Virus record (IMG/VR): IMGVR_UViG_3300037721_000031
Coordinates: 160,001-224,000 of that record
Length of the DNA stretch: 64,000 nucleotides
Direction: 5' to 3' (one strand)
Source: a virus
Lineage: Duplodnaviria; Caudoviricetes
Positions 45,986-55,332 of the stretch are shown here, one piece after another. The notes below the pieces were generated by a model. That model ran no database searches and was not told where the DNA came from. It saw nothing but the letters and a program-made list of their open reading frames with translations. The position numbers and the translations under genes were made by a program. Positions within the stretch are counted from its first letter, which is position 1; every line of letters begins with the position of its first letter.

Positions 45986-46540
45986 TCAGCTTGACTTCAA
46001 AGGTGCAGTGTAATTTTCGTTTACATAATCCACAAAAGCTTGTGCGTGAATGTGATCCCAGAATTCAACACAAGAGTACTTCTTTTGCTCGTAGGCATCG
46101 ATGTACTCATTCATCACCGCCCCTGAATTCACTTTCAGTTGACTACCCAATGACAGGTTACCTACAGTAACCAGCTTCTTGACGTAAAATTCAAAGAATT
46201 CTACAGAATTGATATCTTCCTCAACAGTCATACAGGGAGAGCCACGCGGTGAAAAGGTCAAGCGAAACACAGGTTTAGAGATACCCGTTTCCGGATCTAC
46301 CACAACTGGATTTCTCATGTAATGCTTATCCATGACAAGAAACAGCGGTTGATCAATTCCATCAAAGTACCGATATTTCGCCACTACTTGACCATTCAGA
46401 GTGATATCTTCACCGCCTACTTGAACACCTTGAGTAACACCCAGTGGTACACCGAAATGATTCAGTGCGTTGAGAATGTGGTTGACGGAGCCACGTTGAG
46501 CAGTACCAAAAGGACCAGAATTCGTACTGACAGAGTTCAT
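45986..46540 (-). CDS. Tandem paralogue 2 (STN.GPFG family)
   Basis: Same motifs. Confidence 0.8.
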   Translation of the reverse strand: MNSVSTNSGPFGTAQRGSVNHILNALNHFGVPLGVTQGVQVGGEDITLNGQVVAKYRYFDGIDQPLFLVMDKHYMRNPVVVDPETGISKPVFRLTFSPRGSPCMTVEEDINSVEFFEFYVKKLVTVGNLSLGSQLKVNSGAVMNEYIDAYEQKKYSCVEFWDHIHAQAFVDYVNENYTAPLKSS

Positions 46541-46604
46541 TTGTTTCTTTCAAGTTTAGGAAAACATTAGGGTCTTACTGCTCTAACAGTAAGACCCTTC
46601 GTTA

Positions 46605-47168
46605 TTAAACCGAATCAGACTTCGTGTTCACTACGTAATTGTTATTGATGAAGTCCACGAAAGCCTGAGCGCCCTTCGGCTTCCAGAACTCAATGAAGAT
46701 AAACTCGCCATCAGGACGTTCAGAACCACCTTGAAAGAATGCTCCTGAGTCATTCTTCAGCTTGTAGCCAGGTTGATTCATGAAATTGGACAGACATGTG
46801 TAGCGGATGAACTCATGCAACTCGACACTTGCTTCAGGACCATCGATCATCAGACCAGGAGTATCCTGAACTGACAAGCCCAGATGAAACTGCGGACGCC
46901 TAGTACCAGCTTCCGGATTAACCACCATCCGTTGCTTTCCGTAGGTTGTACCTTGGAAGCGAAACAGAGGTTGATCGATGCCGTCGAAATACTTGTACTT
47001 GCAGAATTCCTTACCGTTATACATCAGGTCTGAACCGTTGCTGAAGCTTACATCTTCGATGATGCGAATGGGAACACCGCACTCATGCAATGCATTCATC
47101 ACATGACCGGCAGAACCGCGTTCATACTTGCCGAAAGGACCACTGTTAGTTACCTTGGAAACATTCAT
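46605..47168 (-). CDS. Tandem paralogue 3 (STN.GPFG family)
   Basis: Same motifs. Confidence 0.8.
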   Translation of the reverse strand: MNVSKVTNSGPFGKYERGSAGHVMNALHECGVPIRIIEDVSFSNGSDLMYNGKEFCKYKYFDGIDQPLFRFQGTTYGKQRMVVNPEAGTRRPQFHLGLSVQDTPGLMIDGPEASVELHEFIRYTCLSNFMNQPGYKLKNDSGAFFQGGSERPDGEFIFIEFWKPKGAQAFVDFINNNYVVNTKSDSV

Positions 47169-47220
47169 TTCATTTCTCCAATGAGTTACGTGACGTTTGA
47201 AAGTTGAAACCAGACATTTA

Positions 47221-47838
47221 CTATAGACCTAGTAAACGGCGTAAATTCATAAATCTTTGTGTGGTGCTTGGATGAGTTGGAGTTGCTGGCAGTATTTTAA
47301 ATCCTTGGACTGCTAGCAAGATCTCTTCCTTCTTATACCCGAGCTTTTGTAGTATAGCTGCAGCGGCTTCATCAGCTTCTAGCTCTACACGCCATGCTTG
47401 ATCTTTAGCCTCTGGATGAAGCAGTACCCATTGCATTTTTGTTTTTATTTCAGTATCATCAATATCGCCAGGCACTAGTCTGCTGAGAAGTGCTGTTCGT
47501 TGTTCGTGATGGTTAAACCTTATATGTGAAAGCTCATGCGCAATAACGAAGCATCTTTGGATTTCAGTCATGACTTCCAAACTAATATCCGTAATCATTA
47601 CCCCCGGTAATGACGCGGCACCAATAGGCATCTTAATGATGTATAGTTTGGCGTCTACATTGTACACATCGTTAACACGTTTGAACGATTCAGCAATTGC
47701 CGTATTAGCTTTAACTTCGCTCGCAATATTTGCAATGTCGGCAATGTAAGCTTTGTTACCATTGGTTATGGCTTCATGCAAAGTGCGTGCCTCCAAAGAA
47801 AAGCAGAACAGAAAGAGTAACGAAGTCAGTAATTTCAT
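47221..47838 (-). CDS. Secreted M48-family zinc metallopeptidase
   Basis: Signal peptide MKLLTSLLFLFCFSLEA; AHELSH; ELEAD; THPS...R. Confidence 0.85.
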   Translation of the reverse strand: MKLLTSLLFLFCFSLEARTLHEAITNGNKAYIADIANIASEVKANTAIAESFKRVNDVYNVDAKLYIIKMPIGAASLPGVMITDISLEVMTEIQRCFVIAHELSHIRFNHHEQRTALLSRLVPGDIDDTEIKTKMQWVLLHPEAKDQAWRVELEADEAAAAILQKLGYKKEEILLAVQGFKILPATPTHPSTTQRFMNLRRLLGL

Positions 47839-47885
47839 AAGTACACCAATTGATTTATCTACTGTTGATGAAATATCAATATATG

Positions 47886-47924
47886 GCATAAATACGCGGA
47901 ACTCTGAGTTCCGCGTATTTATGC
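47886..47924. terminator. GCATAAA-flanked hairpin
   Basis: Near-perfect palindrome with 19-nt arms. Confidence 0.7.
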
Positions 47925-47934
47925 TCTGTTCTTT

Positions 47935-48495
47935 CTACATGTAAGTAACGCAGCGGGCACCCATCAAGGTAAGTGTCGAAGCATACCAACCAGGGTCTGA
48001 AATGTGTTCATTACGAAGAACTGGACAAGCGTCATAAAAGTCACTAAAGTACAACGCATTATTCGCATTATCAGACAAGGCTGCAGTCAGAAGCACTGAA
48101 CGACCACCTTCAGAAACTCCAGCAAGTGACGGAGTTATGAAAAGCCCAATTCCGGTATCATCAGCAGTACGAATGCAAGTCACTGACATGATTCTGCTTG
48201 TATTCTGAAGAATGTCCATAGCCATTTCTTCTGATTCATTCTTAGGCGCTTTTTCAAGCAATGTGGTTCGGACAATACGCCCAGAAACCAATCCCTCATG
48301 CGCATATGCCAGTGCAGCAGTACCAGGCATCCTATCGCAGTAATCCGTGAATACCTTGATACCACGTGGATGACGACCTGTCACCATAGTCGTATGTGAC
48401 TTACGATAGCCTGTCACAAATGTACAGACGGACGAAACAGTTGGGACTACCGGATTACTCAATTCATTCTCCAAGTTGATTAAAGACACGACCAT
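47935..48495 (-). CDS. Hypothetical protein
   Basis: Codirectional ORF. Confidence 0.65.
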   Translation of the reverse strand: MVVSLINLENELSNPVVPTVSSVCTFVTGYRKSHTTMVTGRHPRGIKVFTDYCDRMPGTAALAYAHEGLVSGRIVRTTLLEKAPKNESEEMAMDILQNTSRIMSVTCIRTADDTGIGLFITPSLAGVSEGGRSVLLTAALSDNANNALYFSDFYDACPVLRNEHISDPGWYASTLTLMGARCVTYM

Positions 48496-48533
48496 GAATA
48501 CAGTGTAAATGTAAAACGGTGAGTAAGATCTGA

Positions 48534-48764
48534 CTAATGGTCACAAGTAGCTGTAACTCGACCATGAAGCTTCATTTGAGCTTCCTGTACTGTTTCAGTG
48601 TAACCGATTATCTCGTAAACTTCTTCGCCACTTGCCAGCTTTGTAGGTTCTTTATCTTCTTTGTTATAGATACAAAAGAAACTTTGTCTTACTCCAAACA
48701 AAGTTTCTTTGATGCGTCGAAACAAAATGTACTTACTCTTATCTGTCGGTTGAACTGTGAACAT
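48534..48764 (-). CDS. Hypothetical phage protein
   Basis: Codirectional ORF. Confidence 0.6.
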   Translation of the reverse strand: MFTVQPTDKSKYILFRRIKETLFGVRQSFFCIYNKEDKEPTKLASGEEVYEIIGYTETVQEAQMKLHGRVTATCDH

Positions 48765-48803
48765 GAACGGTTCTTTCTCAGATGAATTTATACAACATAT
48801 AAA

Positions 48804-48837
48804 GCATAAAGACGGTGAGAATTCACCGTCTTTATGC
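48804..48837. terminator. GCATAAA-flanked hairpin
   Basis: GCATAAAGACGGTGA-GAAT-TCACCGTCTTTATGC. Confidence 0.7.
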
Positions 48838-48843
48838 TACTTT

Positions 48844-49209
48844 TCACCACCACGCCATGTAAGCGCTCTTCTTCAGGTTGGGAATCACCATCGGCTCATA
48901 CTCGCCGTTGAGATTCTGCCACTTCCTCAGCTCACGCTTATTGAAAGTCTTCAGATCCTGATTCTCCACCTCACGGTCCTTGTGATTCGGACCCCACGAA
49001 CGATTGCTCTTGGACTCACCATGGATGCCCCAATAGCGATCGGCAATCTCCTCCTTGGTCATGGCACGGTAATCCTGACAACCACCGTGACCGTTCTTGC
49101 ACGGATACTCCACCAAGGTGTCCCAGGTGGTGTAGAAGCCGTTGATCTTGCTACCGCTGATCTGGTTGTGGATCTTTTCGAAGTTCTTGCGACGAATGGT
49201 TCTGCTCAT
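48844..49209 (-). CDS. Basic phage protein (MSRTIRRK family)
   Basis: ORF with SD AGGAG. Confidence 0.75.
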   Translation of the reverse strand: MSRTIRRKNFEKIHNQISGSKINGFYTTWDTLVEYPCKNGHGGCQDYRAMTKEEIADRYWGIHGESKSNRSWGPNHKDREVENQDLKTFNKRELRKWQNLNGEYEPMVIPNLKKSAYMAWW

Positions 49210-49310
49210 GATTACTCCTGTTTGGCCTAGATCGACCTAAATGACAGGAGCAATAAACACACTCAAGATACCTTTTCATGAAAATTCCTTATATTGAATC
49301 AAGAAATACA

Positions 49311-49544
49311 TTACAGTGCAGGAGGAGGACATGGAGCCACATACTTCCAGTATGTGGTATTGACAGGCTTGACAGCCGCTCCAACACATCCGGACACAAA
49401 CCACCTTTTCTGAACTGGATTCCACTGAAGCACTACCTCTTCGAAGGTATTACCATCAACTGAGCGTTGTTGCAACCAATGATGACCTGCGTGGCGAACA
49501 TGTTCTTTTGGCGGACACGGTTCAACTGGATCTATTATTGACAT
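49311..49544 (-). CDS. Hypothetical protein (paralogue of 61627)
   Basis: Shared E.VVL.W.P..K.WF.SG...PVNT..WKY. Confidence 0.7.
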   Translation of the reverse strand: MSIIDPVEPCPPKEHVRHAGHHWLQQRSVDGNTFEEVVLQWNPVQKRWFVSGCVGAAVKPVNTTYWKYVAPCPPPAL

Positions 49545-49584
49545 TATACCACCATACTTAACTGGGGTGATTGTTAAGTTTACT

Positions 49585-50202
49585 TCAGAGAATAATATCT
49601 GGATTCTTATTGACCTCTTGACCGAGATGAATATCTACGTACATCTCTTTCTCTTCTACAGAAAGGATAGGTTCATCATCCCGGCCAGTATTGATCAGAA
49701 GCTCTTTTGAAGAAAGCAATTGATCTACTGTGATTGTTGCAACGCCAGATACAGTACCATCACCGATAAAGGATTCGGCTTTTGCATTCTTTTGGAAAGC
49801 TTCAGTAACATCGTCTCCATCACAATTGTCTGCTTGCTTAAAGCCAGAACCATAACCAGGGACATCCATGAAATGATGGGGAACTTGCCGATACTTAAAG
49901 CCGTTTTTATCTACGATCTTTACATCTTCGAAGATCTCATTCAGCTCAGAACGAAGATTGAGATCATAAACAGTACCGAGATAGAATCCTTCTTGACGGT
50001 CGAATTGGATAAATACGTGACGAATGTCACCAACTATATTTACCAACTTAGTCTCAGCAATCAGCGCTTTCGCAGCATCATCTGACATCCTGACAGAGAC
50101 GCGATCATCACACATTGTCTCCACACTACATTCACCGATGACTTGGTTATCACGAATGAGTAGTGCGGGACGACCAACATACTTAATCGCAGGATAATTC
50201 AT
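49585..50202 (-). CDS. Hypothetical protein (paralogue of 50261)
   Basis: Shared PALL.RDN.VIGEC. Confidence 0.75.
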   Translation of the reverse strand: MNYPAIKYVGRPALLIRDNQVIGECSVETMCDDRVSVRMSDDAAKALIAETKLVNIVGDIRHVFIQFDRQEGFYLGTVYDLNLRSELNEIFEDVKIVDKNGFKYRQVPHHFMDVPGYGSGFKQADNCDGDDVTEAFQKNAKAESFIGDGTVSGVATITVDQLLSSKELLINTGRDDEPILSVEEKEMYVDIHLGQEVNKNPDIIL

Positions 50203-50260
50203 TTCAGCTCCTATAAAAGACGGTTGTGTAAATAGGTCGGATTACGTAATTGGTAACGGC

Positions 50261-50632
50261 CTAAGAAAAGAAAGACCTATAACCTTCAACATCTTTAAAC
50301 CAATGCGGACAAGTTCCCATTTCAAAATTATTCTTATCAACAATCCGCACACCGTTAAAGATACCATTCATTTCTTTTAGTTCTTGACCCTGAAGTGCAC
50401 ATCCAACGTACTCACCAGTAATCGTGCCAAAATGAGGACGAATGTATTCAGCATCTGCGAGTCTTTTCATCACTTCGCTATTGGAGATCAAAGTCTTCGC
50501 GCGATCATCAGTCATTTTTACGACAGCGCGAGCACAATTATCTACCATATAACAAACAAAGCATTCCCCAATAACCTTGTTATCACGAACAAGCAGAGCA
50601 GGTACTTCAGCTGCATTAACTGCATAAGACAT
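50261..50632 (-). CDS. Hypothetical protein (paralogue of 49585)
   Basis: Shared N-terminal domain. Confidence 0.75.
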   Translation of the reverse strand: MSYAVNAAEVPALLVRDNKVIGECFVCYMVDNCARAVVKMTDDRAKTLISNSEVMKRLADAEYIRPHFGTITGEYVGCALQGQELKEMNGIFNGVRIVDKNNFEMGTCPHWFKDVEGYRSFFS

Positions 50633-50658
50633 ATCTAACTCCTTTGAAACGCGACTGA

Positions 50659-51030
50659 TTAATAATTATCATATCTGGGCGCAAGTTCAGCTAAAACACC
50701 AGATGTCAGCTGAGTCTTGGAGAGATCATCCCACATTTCTTTCAATTCTTTCGGACCTGTCGGATGTGACGAATGGATGATGACTTTCTGGACCTTATTT
50801 AAATCAAGGTGACCGTCAAGATGTTGTCGACGCAACCACATTATGAATCTCTTCGTGGTCGGGTACATGTCGCCGAGATGATAATCGAGCATCATGACGC
50901 TGGGAATGCCTAGCAAACTCACTAGATCAATCGCTTGCTGAGAACTACGTGCAATCCTCACATCTTCAGATCTGTGGCATTCGTCAGTTGGATTTCTGAC
51001 ATCATCAAGGAAAAGAGTATATGAGATCAT
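50659..51030 (-). CDS. Cyclic-phosphate-processing receiver-like (cREC) protein
   Basis: LFLDDVRNP...ARS..QAI......LDYHLG; IHSS.P.G. Confidence 0.7.
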   Translation of the reverse strand: MISYTLFLDDVRNPTDECHRSEDVRIARSSQQAIDLVSLLGIPSVMMLDYHLGDMYPTTKRFIMWLRRQHLDGHLDLNKVQKVIIHSSHPTGPKELKEMWDDLSKTQLTSGVLAELAPRYDNY

Positions 51031-51035
51031 GTCGT

Positions 51036-51239
51036 TTAGTCGTAGAAACGAGTGTCGTCAATGATCCGTTCTGCGAGGTTGCTCGCTTCTTCTATCGTGA
51101 TCTCTTCATTCGGATCACGACCACTTACTGCATTAGAACAGTAAGTGGTTACGCCTTTTTCTTTCAGGACACTCTTGGCATTCGCGATTGCAGCAGCCAC
51201 AGTAGTGTTCTTGAGAGTCTTTTCACGATGGGTGAACAT
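51036..51239 (-). CDS. Hypothetical protein
   Basis: Short ORF with SD. Confidence 0.55.
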   Translation of the reverse strand: MFTHREKTLKNTTVAAAIANAKSVLKEKGVTTYCSNAVSGRDPNEEITIEEASNLAERIIDDTRFYD

Positions 51240-51317
51240 GATGATTCCTTTGTGAGATGAATGATTAATGATGGTGGAAGATCAATCTATTTATGAAACT
51301 TCCATCATCAGTTAGTT

Positions 51318-51647
51318 TTAAATACCAGCGTCTTCTCGTGTTTCGTATCTCCGAACTGAATCAGTGGAGTTAGGAATTACAAATGCTGTAAACTCACGTC
51401 CTCTACCAGTCTTGGAGTCACCTTCCATGATCTGCTGTTTAGCAGCATCGATGAATGAAGTGTTTGCAAAACCAAGAGTGATAATAAGCTCCTTTGTACC
51501 CCAGATGTGCGCGACGATGTTAGTTACATACTTACCGCCACCATGCTTTCCAGAGCACTCCTTATAGTCATACCCAAGACTGACCACTTCATTACAACGA
51601 GCGCAACAGAGTAACTTCATGATATCAGTTCCTTTAGAATGACTCAA
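51318..51647 (-). CDS. Hypothetical Zn-finger-like phage protein
   Basis: MKLL.C..C.EV......C. Confidence 0.65.
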   Translation of the reverse strand: MSHSKGTDIMKLLCCARCNEVVSLGYDYKECSGKHGGGKYVTNIVAHIWGTKELIITLGFANTSFIDAAKQQIMEGDSKTGRGREFTAFVIPNSTDSVRRYETREDAGI

Positions 51648-51653
51648 CCTATG

Positions 51654-51947
51654 TCACAGTGGGGCACGCCCCCAAGCGCAACGAGTTCCTTTTCGATCTA
51701 AACGACTACCGCATTGTGGCGGCTTGAACTTAATTACTGTTTCTGCATTGTTTCTATTAGTTGTTGCGACACATCCAGTACTAACGATGAGTCCGTACAC
51801 CGTGTTCTGACCAAGTGGAAATGCATCTGCTTTTATGCCAGTGCAATGAGACATATCTTCAAAGCCAGTGATGTATCGAGTCACAGGTATCTGATCTGAG
51901 CCTGGTTGACCCACTAAGAATACTACAATAAGCATAATCTCTGTCAT
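51654..51947 (-). CDS. Small secreted or membrane-anchored protein
   Basis: Hydrophobic N-terminus, Cys pairs. Confidence 0.6.
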   Translation of the reverse strand: MTEIMLIVVFLVGQPGSDQIPVTRYITGFEDMSHCTGIKADAFPLGQNTVYGLIVSTGCVATTNRNNAETVIKFKPPQCGSRLDRKGTRCAWGRAPL

Positions 51948-51982
51948 GATTACTTCTCCGTTATAACGATTGATGGGAAGTC

Positions 51983-52315
51983 TCAGTATTTTCTTTTATT
52001 TATTTTTGATTTGATAGCATCTTCAACAGAGAAATCCTGAAGCTGAGACATTCCTGATGTGCCTGAGGCATCTATACATACTGTTCCAATAACAGTACGA
52101 TTACCAACCAGGTACGGCTTGTCAGTAAGTAACTTAGCCGACTTATAACACGAATCAAGAGTCTGTCCACGAATGAAGTACGTTTCCGGTTTCTGTACTT
52201 CACCAGTACCGACTGTAATGGACGAGAGTACAATAACAATCAGCATGATAGATGATTCCAATTCAACTCTCCTAGATACTTCACAAGTTAATGAGGATTT
52301 GTAACTTATATACAT
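51983..52315 (-). CDS. Small secreted or membrane-anchored protein
   Basis: Hydrophobic segment and Cys pair; resembles 51654; true start may be the internal M. Confidence 0.55.
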   Translation of the reverse strand: MYISYKSSLTCEVSRRVELESSIMLIVIVLSSITVGTGEVQKPETYFIRGQTLDSCYKSAKLLTDKPYLVGNRTVIGTVCIDASGTSGMSQLQDFSVEDAIKSKINKRKY

Positions 52316-52405
52316 TTTCTTTTACTTAATAGTTAATACTTTTTAAACTATTAAGTAAAAGAAAAATATGTAATCGTGAACATAAAAGCACATCCTGCCT
52401 TTATT

Positions 52406-52429
52406 TCAGATTTGTTATATGTGTCTGAA
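52406..52429 (-). promoter_or_regulatory. Putative phage promoter (TCAGACACA-TATAAC)
   Basis: Same motif family, in a divergent intergenic region. Confidence 0.5.
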
Positions 52430-52508
52430 ATAATCTGTGTTTAAAATAAGAATAAATATTAAATAATAATCTTTTCTTATGTAGCTTCCAATTATCCAAG
52501 AGAACAAG

Positions 52509-54593
52509 ATGTCAATACTTAAACGCCTATTCAACGTTATTTACGCCCAAGAGAACGAGACTAGCATTACATTGCGAGGTATGCGAGTAGCGCCGTTAGC
52601 TCAGGATATCATGGGTACATGGGGAACAAGCAAAATCGAAGCGCATATGTTCACCAGATTCAGAAGCTCTGAGATTTCTTTCCCTAAGTTCTTCGCGCCA
52701 GACTTTCATTACATGCTCGGTGCCATTAGAGATAAGTACCGGTATAGAAGAACTAATAAGAGTGTTATTAACCGTGCATTAGAAGAGCTTGAACAATTTA
52801 CATGGTTAAAGAAGCTTACCGAGTCTACTGCAAAAATACTTGATCGTAGTAAGTTAAATTTATTCAAGTTAACACCCTTGAAGCATCAGCTTGATTTCTT
52901 TGACATCTATGAAGATCGAGTACAACGTTACGGCCTAACAGGTTACTTGTTATCCGCTATAGCTGGTAGCGGTAAAACTCTGATGAACCTTATGCTGGCT
53001 GAAATGCTTGGAGCCGATCTAGTTGTACTAGTGGTGCCGAAGAATTCAGTACATAAAGTCTGGTCTCGTCATTTAAAGGAAGAGTATAAGACTCCTCAAG
53101 ATCACTGGATAGTAGCTGATGGTAAGCAGTACAATAAAGAACGTTTTGTCATCACTCACTACGAAGCGTTAGATAAAGCATTACCTGAAATAAAGCGTGC
53201 TGGTAAAAGTAATGTTGTGGTTATTCTAGACGAAAGTCACAACATGAATGAGTCTGAGTCATTACGTACTCAGACATTTGTTGAACTGTGTCGTACTACA
53301 AAATCTAAGAATGTAATATGGGCCTCAGGTACACCAATTAAAGCATTGGGATATGAATCTATTCCACTACTGCGTACAATAGATCCTTTGTTTACACCTG
53401 ATGTTGAGGAACGTTATAAAAAGATTTTTGGACGCAATGCTAAACGAGCATTAGATATCCTTCGTAACCGTATGGGTATGATCTCTTTTAAAGTAGAGAA
53501 GTCTGAAGTAATGGATAATAAGCCAACTTCCAGAACAATTAAAGTAAAGATACCGAATGGTAGCGATTACACGTTAGATACAGTACGTCGTGAAATGAGT
53601 ACTTTTATAACTCAACGTTTAAAGTACTACAAAGATAACTTCAAGAAATATGAGGGTATCTACAATGAGGGTATTTCTGATTTCAAGAAGACGTTAGAAA
53701 CAAAAGAAGATAAAGACGATTTTGATACTTATAAAGAATACATCAAGACTATTCGTTCCGGCTATGATCCTAAGACAATGCAAGCTGAAGTAAAGTACTG
53801 TAACATCTACGAACAACGTAAGATACTCCCGACTCTAGTAAGAACTTTACGTGCAGACTTTAAGAATGCTAGATCGGTAGTAAAGTATGCTGATCTTAAA
53901 GTTTTAGGTGAGGCATTGGGTGGTATTCTTGGACGTAAACGGGCTAAGTGTCACGTAGACATGATTCCTCACATGACGCTTCCAGAGATTGTAGAAAGTG
54001 CAGTTAAGAAGACTGTGATCTTTACAAGCTATGTTGAAGTAGTTAATGGGATTGATGAGTTCCTAAAGAAACAAAAACTAAAACCAGTACTTGTATATGG
54101 CGACACAACTCACGACTTAGCTGGACTTGTTACTAAGTTCGAGAAAGACGATACTGTTAATCCATTAATAGCCACGTATCAATCTCTGTCCACTGCAGTA
54201 CCATTGATCATGGCTAATGTAGCTGTGTTTGTAAACACTCCGTTTAGAGATCATGAGTTGACTCAAGCAAAAGCACGGATAGATAGACTAGGTCAAGATA
54301 CTCCTGTAGAGTTTGTGTTTATAGAGTTAGATACTGGTGAAGAGCCAAATGTTTCTACTCGTTCACGCGATATCATGGAGTGGAGTCGCGAACAGGTAAC
54401 AATGATTCTTGGTAAGAGTTATTCTGACGACGTTATTGGTGCAGCTGTTGCAGTTGAATCTATTAATGACGAAACATTACCTGACTATAGATCGATATCG
54501 TTAGCAATGGAATATTATAACGATTGTGGCTGTGAAGATCTATCTACAGCTGAAGAGCTTCCAGAAGACATCGATACGGATATTACATTATGA
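52509..54593 (+). CDS. SNF2/SF2 helicase-like protein
   Basis: AGSGKT Walker A, LDESH Walker B, SGTP, QAKARIDRLGQ motif VI. Confidence 0.9.
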   Translation: MSILKRLFNVIYAQENETSITLRGMRVAPLAQDIMGTWGTSKIEAHMFTRFRSSEISFPKFFAPDFHYMLGAIRDKYRYRRTNKSVINRALEELEQFTWLKKLTESTAKILDRSKLNLFKLTPLKHQLDFFDIYEDRVQRYGLTGYLLSAIAGSGKTLMNLMLAEMLGADLVVLVVPKNSVHKVWSRHLKEEYKTPQDHWIVADGKQYNKERFVITHYEALDKALPEIKRAGKSNVVVILDESHNMNESESLRTQTFVELCRTTKSKNVIWASGTPIKALGYESIPLLRTIDPLFTPDVEERYKKIFGRNAKRALDILRNRMGMISFKVEKSEVMDNKPTSRTIKVKIPNGSDYTLDTVRREMSTFITQRLKYYKDNFKKYEGIYNEGISDFKKTLETKEDKDDFDTYKEYIKTIRSGYDPKTMQAEVKYCNIYEQRKILPTLVRTLRADFKNARSVVKYADLKVLGEALGGILGRKRAKCHVDMIPHMTLPEIVESAVKKTVIFTSYVEVVNGIDEFLKKQKLKPVLVYGDTTHDLAGLVTKFEKDDTVNPLIATYQSLSTAVPLIMANVAVFVNTPFRDHELTQAKARIDRLGQDTPVEFVFIELDTGEEPNVSTRSRDIMEWSREQVTMILGKSYSDDVIGAAVAVESINDETLPDYRSISLAMEYYNDCGCEDLSTAEELPEDIDTDITL

Positions 54594-55072
54594 TTTCAAA
54601 ATTACTTTACCACGGCTCTACTTATAAGCAGGATGAGTTAATGCCTGGCTATATGCATTCTGGTGAATTGGTTAGGTGGGATAAGACTGAATCTAATAAA
54701 TATCTGTACGCTACGACTCAAAGAGAAAAAGCTATAGAACTAGGATTCGCTTCCGCAGTAGATAAAAAGTATAGGATGGATAGATTTAGCTCCGATAATA
54801 ATACTTTTAGCTTTATTATTGATGAGAAGAAATTACCATCTAAAAGCGAGTTAGAAAAGCTTGATGTTTACTTATACGAGATCGAGTTTGATCAAGGTAG
54901 TGGATGGATTAAAAACCATAATCAGCATAATGGCTTAACGACTGAGTATAAAACTAATGAAGTTATTAAGCCAGAGTTAATTAACCGTTGTATTAAGATA
55001 GATTTAAGAGGTTGGTTAAAGAATAAAGAAATTTTAATAGCTTCACCAAGACCTTCTTACCTTGAATGGTGA
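54590..55072 (+). CDS. ADP-ribosyltransferase-like (Arr-like) protein, paralogue of 39760
   Basis: LYHGS...LMPG, WDKTESNKYLYAT, EYKT. Confidence 0.5.
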   Translation: MISKLLYHGSTYKQDELMPGYMHSGELVRWDKTESNKYLYATTQREKAIELGFASAVDKKYRMDRFSSDNNTFSFIIDEKKLPSKSELEKLDVYLYEIEFDQGSGWIKNHNQHNGLTTEYKTNEVIKPELINRCIKIDLRGWLKNKEILIASPRPSYLEW

Positions 55073-55128
55073 ATAGATACATATTTACATTTAAGACACA
55101 TTCTATACTTAACCACTAGGTGCTAACT

Positions 55129-55284
55129 ATGTTTCTTCCATTTACATTTGCAGTGAACGTTCTTAACTTTTGGATGACCGGTTCACAAAAGAGTGTTTCT
55201 GAAACTAGAGATATTCTGACTGTTCAGCTGCAGAAAAACTTCAGCACGTGGAATGCTTTTAAGAAGTCGTATAACATTCAGTAA
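55129..55284 (+). CDS. Small protein (51 aa)
   Basis: My translation MFLPFTFAVN...; SD AGGTG. Confidence 0.45.
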   Translation: MFLPFTFAVNVLNFWMTGSQKSVSETRDILTVQLQKNFSTWNAFKKSYNIQ

Positions 55285-55332
55285 AAAAAAAAATAACAGC
55301 ATACAGAGCTAGGACAATTGTCCTAGCTCTGA

